A stretch of 64,000 nt of DNA from Vicinamibacteria bacterium (GCA_963422395.1 OY729431.1:1216001-1280000); one strand, 5' to 3'. Shown: positions 20,770 to 31,730, counted from the first letter of the stretch. Notes: a model not told the origin generated them from the sequence alone. Numbers and translations: made by a program.

Positions 20770-23700
20770 ATGCGGGATACTTCCCTCATGCTTCGTGGAT
20801 CGTGTCTCCTCTTCGTTGTCGGGATCTTCGCTGCCCCGGCCGGGATTGCCGGGTCCTCACTCGCCGCCGCGCCGCCGCCCGCGGAGCAGAACCGTGCCGC
20901 ACCCCCGGAAGGCGAGGAAGATCCGCGCGAGCCCTCCTTGCTCGAAAGGGCGCGGGGCGATTCCGCCGCGCCTCCGCTCCCCGCTGCCGAATCACAGCAA
21001 CAGCAGGATCCCGCCGAGGAGCCCGAGGAGACCGTTCAGGATCCGGAAGCGGACATTACCGAACTCCGCTATGAGGAGGAGGTCTCGGTCACCGGAACCG
21101 CGATCCGCGAGACCCCGATCGATTCTCCCTACTCGGTGTCGTTCGTCAACCGCGACACCCTGGTCCAGCGCGGATCGCCGCAGCTCGTGGATATGTTCAA
21201 GAGTCTCACCGCAAGCAGCGGGGTCATCGGCGAAGTGAACAGTTGGTACGCCGGCAGCACGAATGTCCCGGAGACGGTGGCGAATGTGAACTTGCGCGGC
21301 CTGGGGGCGTCGCGGACCCTGGTTCTCATCAACGGCCGCCGCCAGGTCCATGTTCCCGCCCAGCTCGTCGGCGGCCGTTTCGTGGATGTGAACTCGATAC
21401 CGGGGATCGCCGTGGAACGGCTGGATGTACTCAAGGAGGGGGCCGGCGCGATCTATGGTTCCGATGCCATCGGCGGGGTGGTTAACTTCATCACCCGCAA
21501 CACCTTCGAGGGCCTTGAAGTGCAGGCGTCCCACGAGTACTTCGAGGGGGGCGGAGATTCGCTGTTCTCGGGTATCTGGGGACGGCGTTTCGGAACCAGG
21601 AATGTCGTCGTTGCATTCGAGCACCAGCGCCGCGCCCGACTCGAAGCGGAGGAGCGGAGCTTCACATTGCGTCCTTACCCGAACTGGAGGTGGGGATGGT
21701 CGGGGGTCGGAAACCCAGGTGCCTTCATCGTTCCCGGAGCCGGTCCGCTGAACGAGACAGGGCTCGCGGCCGCGCCGCGCTTCATGGATCCTCAGTGCGA
21801 GAACTTCGGCGGCTATGTGGACAACGAGTTGCGGAGCTGCCGGTTCCGCTATCAGCCGTGGGATGACCTCATCCCAGAGACCCAGCACACTCGGGGGTTG
21901 GTCGAGGTCAGCGGGGATGTCGGAGAACACGGCTACTACCGGATCGATGGTCTGTTTGCCGATGCGCAGACCCCCAATTGGGAGACCACTCCCTCCTTTC
22001 CGCCGGTGTCTCTGCTGAACCAGGTGCAGCTCGTCGGCCCCGATCATCCCGGCCGTCAGGCGCTCGCCGCTCGGTATCCGGGGCTCTACGCCGCCGATGG
22101 CGCAGCGCTGGATCTGACCGGCAGCGAACCCTGGTACTTCTTCGGGCGGCTGGTCGGGAATTCCGGTCCGGGCCGCGTCCTGAAGCGGGAGAGTTCGACT
22201 GCGAGGATCACTGCATCGCTCGGCGGCGAACTCGGCGGCGGGCTCCACTACGACATCGGTGCGGTAGCGGCCCGTTCCACTGGCAATGTGAATCAGCCGG
22301 CGGAATACGCCTACCGAAAATTCCTCGCCTTCCGCGGGTTCGGCGGGCCGAACTGCGGCGTGGGTGTGGTGGTGGACCCGAACGCACTCTCGCGGATGGG
22401 GCTCGGGGACCCGGGCGGAGCCGCTCCGGGGCAGGGGAACTGCATGTACTACAACCCGTTCTCGAACGGCCTTCAGTTCTCCGCGCAACCAGGCGCGCCC
22501 TATCTCGATGCCGCGAACCCCGAATACGAAGCGGCTCTCGCGAACTCCGCCGAGCTGCTCGGCTGGATCAACGAGCAAGTCGATGTGCAGTCCACCTCCG
22601 ACCTGTTCTCCGCCGACGCGACCTTGAACGGCGTGCTGAGCGAGAGCGCCAGCTACGCCGTCGGCTACCAGTTCCGCCGGGTAGGCGCGAGCGCCCACCC
22701 GAACGATGCCGGGAATCTTTCGCTGCATCCCTGCCCGGTTCCCGGCGACCGGGGGTGCGCGATCCAGACCGGCCCCTTCACCTTCACCACCGCCCGCCAT
22801 CCATACGACGCCAACCAGACGACCCATGCGGTGTTCACCGAGCTGGCGCTGAACCTCGGCTCCCGCTTCGACGCCCAGATCGCCGGCCACTACGAGAAGT
22901 ACGACTTCGCCGACAGCTTCGATCCCAAGGTGGCCGTCATCTTCCATCCCGTCGAGAACTTCGCGCTGCGCGGCACGGCGCAGACGAGCTTCCGGACTCC
23001 GTCGGTAGATGATCTGAACGAGGATCTAGCGACCTACCTCGACTGGGTCTCGGCGAGCGGCACCTGGAAGGCGATCGACGACTCCGGCAGCAAGGACCTC
23101 CTGCCCGAGCAGGCGTTCACCTACAACCTCGGAATGACAGTGAGTACCGACGGCGGGTTCGACGCGACACTCGACTACTGGCACTTCGACTTCGACAACC
23201 CGATCAGCACCCTGCCTCACTCCGGCATCGTGAGCGCCTACGGGAACCCCGCCACCCGCAGCCGGGTGCAGCACCTGATCACTTGTCCCGGGGGCCTCAC
23301 CGATGGAAGCTGCGACCCGGTGGACATCGAGCGCATTCGGGTCCGTCGGGTCAACGCCACCGCCCTCAAGACCTCGGGGGTGGACTCCCACCTCGGCTAC
23401 CGCGGAGCGATCGGACCAGCGCCCTCGTCTTCAACTTCGACGCCAGCTACACCCTCGACTACACCGTGGAGGCGCTTTTCCACGAGGGCGTCGAATTGAT
23501 CGCCGAAGAACAGGCGGCGGGCTTCCTGAACCGGACGAACCCGCTTGCTCCGCCGCTGCCCAAGCTCAGGACGCATACGCTCCTCTCCTGGCTCTTCGGC
23601 CCGTTCACGATCACCGGCGCCTCGCAGTACATCTCCGGCTATCGGGACCGGACGACGACGGCGGAATATGAGAACATCGATTCCTGGCTGATCTTCGACG

Positions 23701-23867
23701 CCAATCTCCAGTACCGTGTTCCGGATACCCAGATGCTGATCACGTTTTCGGTGCTGAACCTGACCGGGACCCATCCGCCGCTCGTGAACCAGGAGCTCGC
23801 CTTCGACGCCCTGACCCACAACCCCAAGGGCCGCCGCTTCAAGGTCGGTGTCTCCTACGAGTTCTAA
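20770..23867 (+). pseudogene. TonB-dependent receptor with one frameshift near 23413 (pseudogene or sequence error)
   Basis: 'VSVTGT' TonB box, plug 'VNLRGLGASRTLVLINGRR', 'GAIYGSDAIGGVVNFI'; the C-terminus ending 'GVSYEF' is in another frame. Confidence 0.85.
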
Positions 23868-23917
23868 CGATTTCGGTTCCTGAGCCCGGCGGCGTACGCC
23901 GCCTCGCTCCGGCTGCC

Positions 23918-24784
23918 GTGAGGGGGCTCTGGTCGTTTTCGGCGGCGGCCGCGGGCGCTGTTTTCGCCGCCGGGATGTTCCTCGCCGGTTGGACCCTCGG
24001 CGGGGGCCTCGCCAGCGCCGCCATCTTCTTCGGCGTGGTCGCGTTCGCCGCCCGTGAACTGGTGCCGTCGCCCCTCGGGCCGGCGAACCGATTGACGATC
24101 GCCCGACTCGCGGTGCTGGGGGCGCTTGCCGGTCTTTCGTTCCCCTTCTCGGCCGAGGCCCCCCTCGCGCTGAGCGGCTGGATCCCGTGCCTCTCGTACG
24201 GAGCGGCGTCGCTCGCTGATTTCGCAGACGGCGTGCTTGCTCGGCACACCCGCTCGGAGAGCGCATTCGGCGCCCGGCTCGACGCGGAAGCCGACGCGCT
24301 CGGGATAGCGGCGGCGAGCGGCATCGGCGTCTTCGTCGCCGGGACCCTGCCGCGCTGGTATCTGGCGGCCGGCCTCGCGCGGTACCTCTTCGGCGCCGGC
24401 CTCTTCATCGAACGCCATCTCGGCCGTCGTCCGCAGAAGCTCTCCCCGAGCCCGTTCCGCCGCCGTCTTGCCGGCTTTCAGATGGGGCTCCTCGTCGTCT
24501 GTTTGGCCCCCGGTATCGAGCTTCGTTGGGCGCTGCCTTCGAGCGTAGCGCTCGGCGCCCCGTTCCTCGCCGGTTTCGTCCACGACTACCTTCTGGCGAG
24601 CGGCCGTCTCGGTCAGGGTTTGCGGCAGTTCGCCTTCCGGCTAGATCGCCTCCGCGCTCCGGCAAGCCGGATCGCCGCCTTTCTCGCCGCCGCCTTGGGC
24701 GCCCTGAAACTCGCCGGGCTCCCGACGGGATCCCTCGCTCTCGCCGCCTTCTTCTTCGCCTGGCTCATGCGCCCGCCCCGGTGA
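23918..24784 (+). CDS. CDP-alcohol phosphatidyltransferase family protein
   Basis: 'ANRLTIAR' and 'DFADGVLAR...S.FGARLDAEAD' signature. Confidence 0.9.
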   Translation: MRGLWSFSAAAAGAVFAAGMFLAGWTLGGGLASAAIFFGVVAFAARELVPSPLGPANRLTIARLAVLGALAGLSFPFSAEAPLALSGWIPCLSYGAASLADFADGVLARHTRSESAFGARLDAEADALGIAAASGIGVFVAGTLPRWYLAAGLARYLFGAGLFIERHLGRRPQKLSPSPFRRRLAGFQMGLLVVCLAPGIELRWALPSSVALGAPFLAGFVHDYLLASGRLGQGLRQFAFRLDRLRAPASRIAAFLAAALGALKLAGLPTGSLALAAFFFAWLMRPPR

Positions 24785-25838
24785 GCAGATCCTCGACTGC
24801 TTCGAGGCTCTCTGCCCAGGTCGGATGTGCCCGGTACCGCTCATCGGCGCGGATCCCCATGGCGGCGAGTTTCGCCCGGTCGGCCCTCAGGGTTTCGAGA
24901 TGGCCCGCCAGCAGAATCGCCGTCTCTCGGGGTGGTGCCTGGGGGATCAGCCAACCGGTCTCTCCCTCGGAGACGATCTCCGGCGCGCCTCCGGAGGCGG
25001 CGGCGAGAGCCGGAAGACCGAAGGCGAAACCATCGAGATAGGCGATGCCGAACCCCTCGTGGGTCGAAGGTACTGCGGTCAGGCAGCTTCGGTGGAGGAG
25101 CGTTGCGACCTGCTCGGCGTCCAGTCGGCCATGGAAGCGGACTCGGCCGGCGAGGTCGGGAGCGCGGGCGCGGAAGCGGGCGCGGGCAGCGTAGCCGGGG
25201 TCGAGGTCGAAACGGCCCGCGACCGCCAGTGTCCATTCGGGCACCCGGGAGATCGCTTCGAGCAGTTCCAAAAGTCGCTTTCGCGGGATCAGGTTGCCGA
25301 GGAAGACCGCCCGCAGCGGCCCTTCGGCGCGCGCTCTGATTCCCTCCCGGGTCTCTTCCCGGGTCCCTTCGCTGTCGAGCAGGGGGGGCGGCCCCGAGCC
25401 GGCGAAGCGGTCGCGTCCCGGCGGCGCCACCGCCGCCTCGATCTTCCTTCCGGCGAGCCGCCGTGCGGCCCGGACGGTGGCCCGGCTGGGGGCGAGCACG
25501 GCGTCCACACTCTGCAGATAGGCCGCTTCTTCCTGCCGGAGCCGCCGCCGCGCGGCTTCGCTCCGCTCCGGCTCGTCGCTCATCAAGTGGTGGACCAGCG
25601 CCACGATCCGGGGGCGCTCCGAGACGAGGGCGCGGTTTCGGGCCAGGAACTCCCGATGGAAGAGCTCGTCTTGCAGCACCACTTGGGGCGAGAAGTCCGG
25701 ATGCGGTTCGGCGCCGGTACCGAATTCGCGAATCCGCACTTGGTGCCCCCGCGCTTTCAGCCCTTCGGCGAGCGCCTGGTCGTAGAGGTTCCCGCCGCTC
25801 AGCCGGGCGAGCGGCGGGGTCCAGATCTCGATGCGCAT
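24765..25838 (-). CDS. Glycosyltransferase family 4
   Basis: 'SGGNLYD', 'FLGNLIPRK', 'PSTHEGFGIAYLDG'. Confidence 0.9.
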   Translation of the reverse strand: MRIEIWTPPLARLSGGNLYDQALAEGLKARGHQVRIREFGTGAEPHPDFSPQVVLQDELFHREFLARNRALVSERPRIVALVHHLMSDEPERSEAARRRLRQEEAAYLQSVDAVLAPSRATVRAARRLAGRKIEAAVAPPGRDRFAGSGPPPLLDSEGTREETREGIRARAEGPLRAVFLGNLIPRKRLLELLEAISRVPEWTLAVAGRFDLDPGYAARARFRARAPDLAGRVRFHGRLDAEQVATLLHRSCLTAVPSTHEGFGIAYLDGFAFGLPALAAASGGAPEIVSEGETGWLIPQAPPRETAILLAGHLETLRADRAKLAAMGIRADERYRAHPTWAESLEAVEDLLTGAGA

Positions 25839-25997
25839 CGACAGTGGATGATCGGGGCGATCCTCTTTCCCGGGAGGCGTGGAGGATGCAGCAGCCGGGA
25901 TATCACACTTCCGGACGGGGCGCTCCGCGGCTCCCCGCGCACGGCCATCTGCCGGGAGCGAACAGCCCGCCGGCGCTCACCGAGGATGTGCTGCTGT

Positions 25998-28900
25998 CTA
26001 CCTCGCGAACGGGTCATTACCGTCCCCCGGGATGCAGGGCAACGAATAACAGGGGATGGAGCGGCCCGGGGTCCAGGGGACGCCGGCGGCGTCGGCTCGA
26101 GCTTCGAGAGCAGCGAGCTGGCCGTCCACGAGTTCGATGAGTTCGGCGTTTGCCAGGTCGAACTGTTCCACCACGATCTCGACCTGACGGCGGTGGGTGG
26201 CAGTGGGGTCTGCGGTGGACCAGAAGGCGCCGACGACGCGCTGGATGCGCTCGCGGAGGCCGGGGAGGACCGCTTCGCGGCGTGAGCGGACGGTGTCGTC
26301 CCCGAGAAACCGCACCCGGAGGTCGAGCAGCGCGGTGCGGATCGCCGCCGCCTCGGCGCGGAGCTCGCTACCGGCAGTGGATTCGTCCATCGCTTTCGCG
26401 AGCGCCTCGACCCGTTCGACGGAGGCTTCGAGGGCGGCGACGGCACCGAAGGTCTTTCGCTGGAGCCTGGCGACCTCGCTCTGGAAGGCGTGGCGGGCTT
26501 CGGGGTCCGACGGAGGCACTCCGGCGGCAGCGAGCACGCTGGGAGTGAAGGGCTGTGGTTCCCCGAGCCGTTCGCTCTCCCCGCCGGCGCGGCGCACGAG
26601 CTCCGCCGTGTAGCGCCCCGGCATGGCGAGCGGGCCGCCGCGCGAGCCCCCGGCGGCGTCGGGGTGCCGGAGGTCCCAGGCGATGCGGTGGATTCCCGCG
26701 GCCCCCGGCGCCGGGAGGCGACGGACGAGGGTGCCGTCCGCATCCCGGATGACCAGGAACAATGCTGGGTCTTCGGCGCGGTCCTCGGCGCGGAGTGCAT
26801 CCCACGAGGGGTAGGCGAGCGGCTCGCCGGCGGCCGCCCGGGCGCGTTCGAGATCGCGGCGCTCTTCGCGGAGCGAGCGCAGCCCCTCTCGCAGGTAATA
26901 GGTCACGACCGCCCCGAACGGAGGATTCGGCGCAGTGAAGAAGGCGTCGCCGCGCTGCGCTTTCTCGCCGCCGCCGAGAGGGTTCGCCTCGATGTACATC
27001 CAGGGATCCTTCACCGGAAACACTGCGCCGGCGCTGGCGAGAGCCTGGGCCGAGAGGTGGCGCAGGGGGGTGTAGTCGTCGAGGATGAAGAAACCACGGC
27101 CGAAGGAGGCGGCGGCCAGGTCGTTCTCGCGCGTCTGGATCTCCAGATCGCGGATCGGGATGGTGGGCATTCCGCCTCGCAGCCGGATCCAGCGTCCTCC
27201 TCCGTCGAGGGTGACGAAGAGTCCGAATTCCGTCCCGAGGAACAGGAGCCCCTCGCGTCCGGGGTCCTCGACCACCGCCCACGCGAGCTGATCTTCAGGC
27301 AGGTCTCCGGTGATGTCCTTCCAGTTTTCACCGCGGTCGTCGCTCCGCATCACATAGGGCGCGAAATCCCCCTGTTTGTGGTTGTTGAAGACCGCGTACA
27401 CGGTGTTCTCGCGGTGCCGCGAGGCGTGGAGATCGGCGACATAGGTGCGTGGCGGCACTCCGGGGACGGTGTCCACCGCCCGCCACTCCAGGCCTCCGTC
27501 ACCGCTGATCTGGAGGAGTCCGTCGTCCATTCCAGCGTAGAGCAGCCCTTCGACGAGCGGCGATTCGTCGAGCGCCACCATGTTGCCGTAGGTCGAAGTG
27601 AAGACATTTCGCCAGACGGCGTCCACGCTCCACGAGCGGCCCATCACCGGCAGCTCGGCGCGGTCGATGCCGCGGGTGAGATCGCCGCTGATCGGGGTCC
27701 AGCGGTTCGCCCGGTCGTCGCTGCGGTACAGCCGGTTCGCGCCGAAATAGAGCCGCCGCGGGTCGTGCGGCGAGATGAGGAGCGGTGCATCCCAGTTCCA
27801 CTTGAGCGGCGGCTCGTCGGGCTCGGGCTGCGGCTGGATATCCACCCGTTCCCCGGTGCGGCGGTCGAAGCGGACGATTCCGGCGTACTGGAACTGCGCG
27901 TAGATGATGTTCGGGTCCTCGGGGTCCACTCGCGCCTGGAATCCGTCGCCGCCGATCACATCCAGCCAGTCGCTGTTGCGGATCCCGTGCACATTGATGG
28001 TGCGCGAGGGGCCGCCGAGAGTGGCGTTGTCCTGAGTGCCGCCGTAGAGGTTGTAGAAGGGGAAGTCGTTGTCGATCCCCACCCGGTAGAACTGGGTCAG
28101 CGACTGGTTGGCGTGGAACTTCCAGTGCTCTCCGAGATCCCAGCTCTCGTAGAGGCCGCCGTCGGTGGCGACCATCAGATAGTCCGGATCGTCGGGGTCG
28201 AATTCGAGATCGTGGTTGTCCACATGCTTGAAGCGACTGTTCAGCCGCCGCCAGCTGCTGCCTTCGTCGTCGGTGAGGTGGACGAAGACATCCATCGAAT
28301 AGATACGGCCCGGCCGGTGTGGGTCGGGAAAGATCTCCATGTAGTACTGCGGGTCCACCGGGAGGTAGTCGCTGCGCTTCTCCCAACTCTCACCCCGGTC
28401 GGTCGTGCGGTAGAAGCCGCTCGCGTCGTCGGAAGCGGCGACCTGCGCATAGACGATGTCCGGGTCGTGGGGAGAGATCGCGAGCCCGATGCGACCGATG
28501 TCGTGGCGGGCCCCATCGGGGAGGCCGCGGGAGAGCTGGCGCCAGCTGGTGCCGCCGTCCTCGGACTTGTGGATCCCGCCCTCCGGGCCGCCGGCGACCA
28601 GCAGACCGGTGTGGCGGCGCCGCTGCCAGGCCGCGGCGTACACGATGTCCGGATCCCTCGGATCGAGGACCACATCGCTGATCCCGGTGTCTTCGGAGAT
28701 GTGGAGGACCCGTTCCCAGGTCGCGCCCCCGTCGCCGGTGCGGTAGAGGCCCCGGTCACCCCCTGACCGCCACAGCGGCCCCTGGGCGGCTACGAAGATC
28801 GTCTGGCTGTCGCGCGGGTCGAGAACGATCTTGCCGATGTGTTCGGAATCGTCGAGGCCGAGGTGTTCGAAGGAGGCGCCGGCGTCCCGACTGCGCCAGA

Positions 28901-29330
28901 CGCCGTTGCCGTAGCCCGCCGAGCGCTGTCCGTTGTTCTCCCCGGTCCCGAGCCAGACCACATTCGGGTTCTCTGGGTCCACCACCACGGTGGAAGTCGA
29001 ATAGACCGGGTAGTCGTCGAAGATCGGCTCCCAGGTGACGCCCCGGTTCGTCGTCTTGAAGGCGCCCCCCGAGGCGGCTGCGATGTACCAGGTCGCCCGA
29101 TCGCTCGGGTCCACGGCGACATCGGCGATCCGTCCCGAGCGGGCTGCCGGTCCGATCCCGCGCAATTTCAGGCCGGCGAGGAGGTCTTCGCTGACCGTTG
29201 GGGGCGCGGCCTCCTGGGCGGCGGCGGGGATACCGCAGAGTAAGGCGGCGAGAGCGGCCGCCGCAGCAGCCATGAAGGGGGCAGGGAAGGGGGCGGCGGG
29301 TGTGGAAGGGGGTGGCGGCTTCGGGATCAT
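25998..29330 (-). CDS. VPS10/BNR-repeat glycosyl-hydrolase-like secreted protein
   Basis: 'LRGIGPAARSGRIADV', many SxDGGxxW Asp-boxes, 'GGTQDN', 'GGDGF'; start uncertain. Confidence 0.88.
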   Translation of the reverse strand: MIPKPPPPSTPAAPFPAPFMAAAAAALAALLCGIPAAAQEAAPPTVSEDLLAGLKLRGIGPAARSGRIADVAVDPSDRATWYIAAASGGAFKTTNRGVTWEPIFDDYPVYSTSTVVVDPENPNVVWLGTGENNGQRSAGYGNGVWRSRDAGASFEHLGLDDSEHIGKIVLDPRDSQTIFVAAQGPLWRSGGDRGLYRTGDGGATWERVLHISEDTGISDVVLDPRDPDIVYAAAWQRRRHTGLLVAGGPEGGIHKSEDGGTSWRQLSRGLPDGARHDIGRIGLAISPHDPDIVYAQVAASDDASGFYRTTDRGESWEKRSDYLPVDPQYYMEIFPDPHRPGRIYSMDVFVHLTDDEGSSWRRLNSRFKHVDNHDLEFDPDDPDYLMVATDGGLYESWDLGEHWKFHANQSLTQFYRVGIDNDFPFYNLYGGTQDNATLGGPSRTINVHGIRNSDWLDVIGGDGFQARVDPEDPNIIYAQFQYAGIVRFDRRTGERVDIQPQPEPDEPPLKWNWDAPLLISPHDPRRLYFGANRLYRSDDRANRWTPISGDLTRGIDRAELPVMGRSWSVDAVWRNVFTSTYGNMVALDESPLVEGLLYAGMDDGLLQISGDGGLEWRAVDTVPGVPPRTYVADLHASRHRENTVYAVFNNHKQGDFAPYVMRSDDRGENWKDITGDLPEDQLAWAVVEDPGREGLLFLGTEFGLFVTLDGGGRWIRLRGGMPTIPIRDLEIQTRENDLAAASFGRGFFILDDYTPLRHLSAQALASAGAVFPVKDPWMYIEANPLGGGEKAQRGDAFFTAPNPPFGAVVTYYLREGLRSLREERRDLERARAAAGEPLAYPSWDALRAEDRAEDPALFLVIRDADGTLVRRLPAPGAAGIHRIAWDLRHPDAAGGSRGGPLAMPGRYTAELVRRAGGESERLGEPQPFTPSVLAAAGVPPSDPEARHAFQSEVARLQRKTFGAVAALEASVERVEALAKAMDESTAGSELRAEAAAIRTALLDLRVRFLGDDTVRSRREAVLPGLRERIQRVVGAFWSTADPTATHRRQVEIVVEQFDLANAELIELVDGQLAALEARADAAGVPWTPGRSIPCYSLPCIPGDGNDPFAR

Positions 29331-29341
29331 GGCGGTCGGCC

Positions 29342-30250
29342 TCAATCGGTGAGGGTGGCGATGTGTGCGGCTGCTGCGCGAGCCTGCCCATCCACGTTGT
29401 ATCCGCCTTCGAGCAGCGACACCAGTCGGCCGCCGCAGTAGTGGGCGGCGATCTCCATCAGGGTGCGGGTCATTCGGACGAAGGCGTCATCGGTCACCTC
29501 GAAGGAGCCCAGGAGGTCCTCGCGGCGGCTGTCGAACCCGGCGGAGACGATCACGAATTCGGGGCGGAAGCGCTCGACCGCGGGGAGAAGGGTGCGGTCC
29601 CACGCCGAAAGCAGGTCGCGGTCGGTAGCACCCGGCCCGAGGTGCACATTCAGGTTCGTGCCGCTCCCTTCACGCGCGCCGGAGAGCGAGGGATCGCCGG
29701 TGCCCGGGTAGTCGTGCCAATTGTGGGTCGAGAAGAAGAGCACCGACGGGTCCTCGTAGAAGGCGTTCTGGGTGGCGTTGCCGTGGTGGTAGTCCCAGTC
29801 CACGATCAGCACCCGCGGATGGCTGCAGACCTGCTGCGCGTAGCGGGCGGCGACCGCTGCGTTCGAGTAGAAGCAAAAGCCCTCCTCGGCGCCGGTGTCG
29901 TTCGCGTGGTGGCCCGGCGGCCGGACGGCGCAGAAAGCGTTCCTGAGCCGCCCTGCCGAGACTTCCCGCACCGCGGCGAGCGCGCCGCCCACTGCGAGCT
30001 CGGCGATTTCGCCGGTGGTGGGGATGCGGCGGATGCGATCCACATGCTCCCGGGTGTGATGGCCCAGCAGCGCCGCGAGCGGGTCGGGCCAGTCCTCGAT
30101 CGGGACCAGAACCGAGAGCAGCCCGGCGGCGGCGAGCGCTTCCCGGATCTTCACGAGGCGGGTCGGGGATTCGGGGTGTTCCGGGCGGATGTGATGGCGC
30201 AAGAATGCCTCGCGGTACACGAGGCCGGTCCGAGAAGCGGGAGTTGGCAT
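29342..30250 (-). CDS. Histone deacetylase family protein
   Basis: 'HPESPTRL', 'RPPGHHA', 'GFC', 'DWDYHHGN', 'SAGFD', 'LEGGY'. Confidence 0.95.
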   Translation of the reverse strand: MPTPASRTGLVYREAFLRHHIRPEHPESPTRLVKIREALAAAGLLSVLVPIEDWPDPLAALLGHHTREHVDRIRRIPTTGEIAELAVGGALAAVREVSAGRLRNAFCAVRPPGHHANDTGAEEGFCFYSNAAVAARYAQQVCSHPRVLIVDWDYHHGNATQNAFYEDPSVLFFSTHNWHDYPGTGDPSLSGAREGSGTNLNVHLGPGATDRDLLSAWDRTLLPAVERFRPEFVIVSAGFDSRREDLLGSFEVTDDAFVRMTRTLMEIAAHYCGGRLVSLLEGGYNVDGQARAAAAHIATLTD

Positions 30251-30282
30251 GGGGAGAACGATACCGAGAGGGTGGGGAACGG

Positions 30283-31005
30283 ATGCTACGGTTCCTCCTC
30301 TTGCCGAGCCACCGCGACCGCAGCACCGACCACGCGAAGCGCCCGTGGTGGAAATCTTTCCGAACCACTGCGGCGATCGGTTACTGCATCCGCCACTACT
30401 CCGGACCGTGGAATCGGATGGTGATCGAGCGGGCGGGGATCCGCGCCGGCGACCGGGTAGTGGACATCGGTTGCGGGCCGGGCGAGGCGGCGCTGCTGGC
30501 TGTCCGGAGTGCTTCGGGAGTCGAGGTTCTGGCGATCGATCCCGCCTGGCCCTGCTGTCTGGCCACCGGTGTCCGGTCGCTCGGACTGCTCGGGTCGTTC
30601 CGCTCGTTCGTCGAGGCGGAGTCCTGGGGCGCAGTACGGGTGCGGCGCGCCTCTGCCGAGAGCCTTCCGTCCGAGAGCGGCTGGGCCACCCTCGTCCTTT
30701 CGATCAACGCCTTCCACCATTGGGCCGACCCCAAGCGGGGCCTCGCCGAGGTGCGTCGGGTGCTCGCCCCCGGAGGCCGGCTGGTGCTCGTGGACGAGGA
30801 CTTTCCGGAGGATCACCATCACACCCGCTTCCATAACGAGTCGCAGACGGTGGCCCCGGTCCACGCCGCGAGCCCCGAGGTCCATGGATGGCTTCGGGAA
30901 CTCGGTTTCGGCCTGGCCGGTGTCGAGCGGATCGAGGATGCGGAGGGCTCTCCCCACCACTTCCTCCGTGCGGTCGTTCCGTCTCCAGCCGAACCTACCG
31001 GCTGA
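30283..31005 (+). CDS. Class I SAM-dependent methyltransferase
   Basis: 'VVDIGCGPG', 'AESLP', 'FHHWAD', 'RVLAPGGRL'; start uncertain. Confidence 0.85.
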   Translation: MLRFLLLPSHRDRSTDHAKRPWWKSFRTTAAIGYCIRHYSGPWNRMVIERAGIRAGDRVVDIGCGPGEAALLAVRSASGVEVLAIDPAWPCCLATGVRSLGLLGSFRSFVEAESWGAVRVRRASAESLPSESGWATLVLSINAFHHWADPKRGLAEVRRVLAPGGRLVLVDEDFPEDHHHTRFHNESQTVAPVHAASPEVHGWLRELGFGLAGVERIEDAEGSPHHFLRAVVPSPAEPTG

Positions 31006-31089
31006 CTGACGAACCGAATCTCGCCCTGCGGGGCTCAGCGCTAGCGGGGCGTCCTTCCCATGGAGTATCTGCCGCGATAGAGCCGATGT

Positions 31090-31730
31090 TTCAGAATCCG
31101 AACTGGCTGCTGTGGCAGCAGTTCGGATTCCTGGCGCGGAGCGCCGGGCGGTTCGGGGGCGGGGTGTCCCGCCTTCCCACGAGAGTGCGAGATGCAACCT
31201 GACATCACACCCCGCCGGAGAGGGCCTCGATCCTCATCCGTGGCCCGGAAAACATCTGATGCGGCCGAGCCTGTGGCTCGGGAGCGTCGCAGCGGGGGAA
31301 AGTGTGAAAGGGAGTTTCACCCCCGTTCACGGATTGGCGATTCAGAATCCGAACTGGCTGCTGTGGCAGCAGTTCGGATTCCCGGCGCGGAGCGCCGGGC
31401 GGTTCGGGGGCGGGGTGTCCCGCTCTTCCCACGAGAGTGCGAGATGCAACCTGACATCACACCCCGCCGGAGAGGGCCTCGATCCTCATCCGTGGCCCGG
31501 AAAACATCTGATGCGGCCGAGCCTGTGGCTCGGGAGCGTCGCAGCGGGGGAAAGTGTGAAAGGGGGTTTACCCCCGTTCACGGATTGGCGATTCAGAATC
31601 CGAACTGGCTGCTGTGGCAGCAGTTCGGATTCCCGGCGCGGAGCGCCGGGCGGTTCGGGGGCGGGGTGTCCCGCTCTTCCCACGAGAGTGCGAGATGCAA
31701 CCTGACATCACACCCCGCCCCCGAACCGCC
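31090..31730. repeat. 251-bp structured tandem repeat, about 2.5 copies
   Basis: TCAGAATCCGAACTG recurs at 31091, 31342 and 31593; near-identical copies; multiple hairpins. Confidence 0.95.

Noticed and set aside
20615-20770. Cobalamin or TPP riboswitch upstream of the TonB receptor
   Set aside because: Conserved core motifs not found
31255-31305. Hammerhead ribozyme (CTGATG...GAAA)
   Set aside because: The core reads CTGATGC rather than CTGATGA, and I could not build stems I and III
31090-31730. CRISPR array or repeat-containing protein
   Set aside because: The whole 251-bp unit repeats with no unique spacers, no cas genes are present, and the unit is not a multiple of 3
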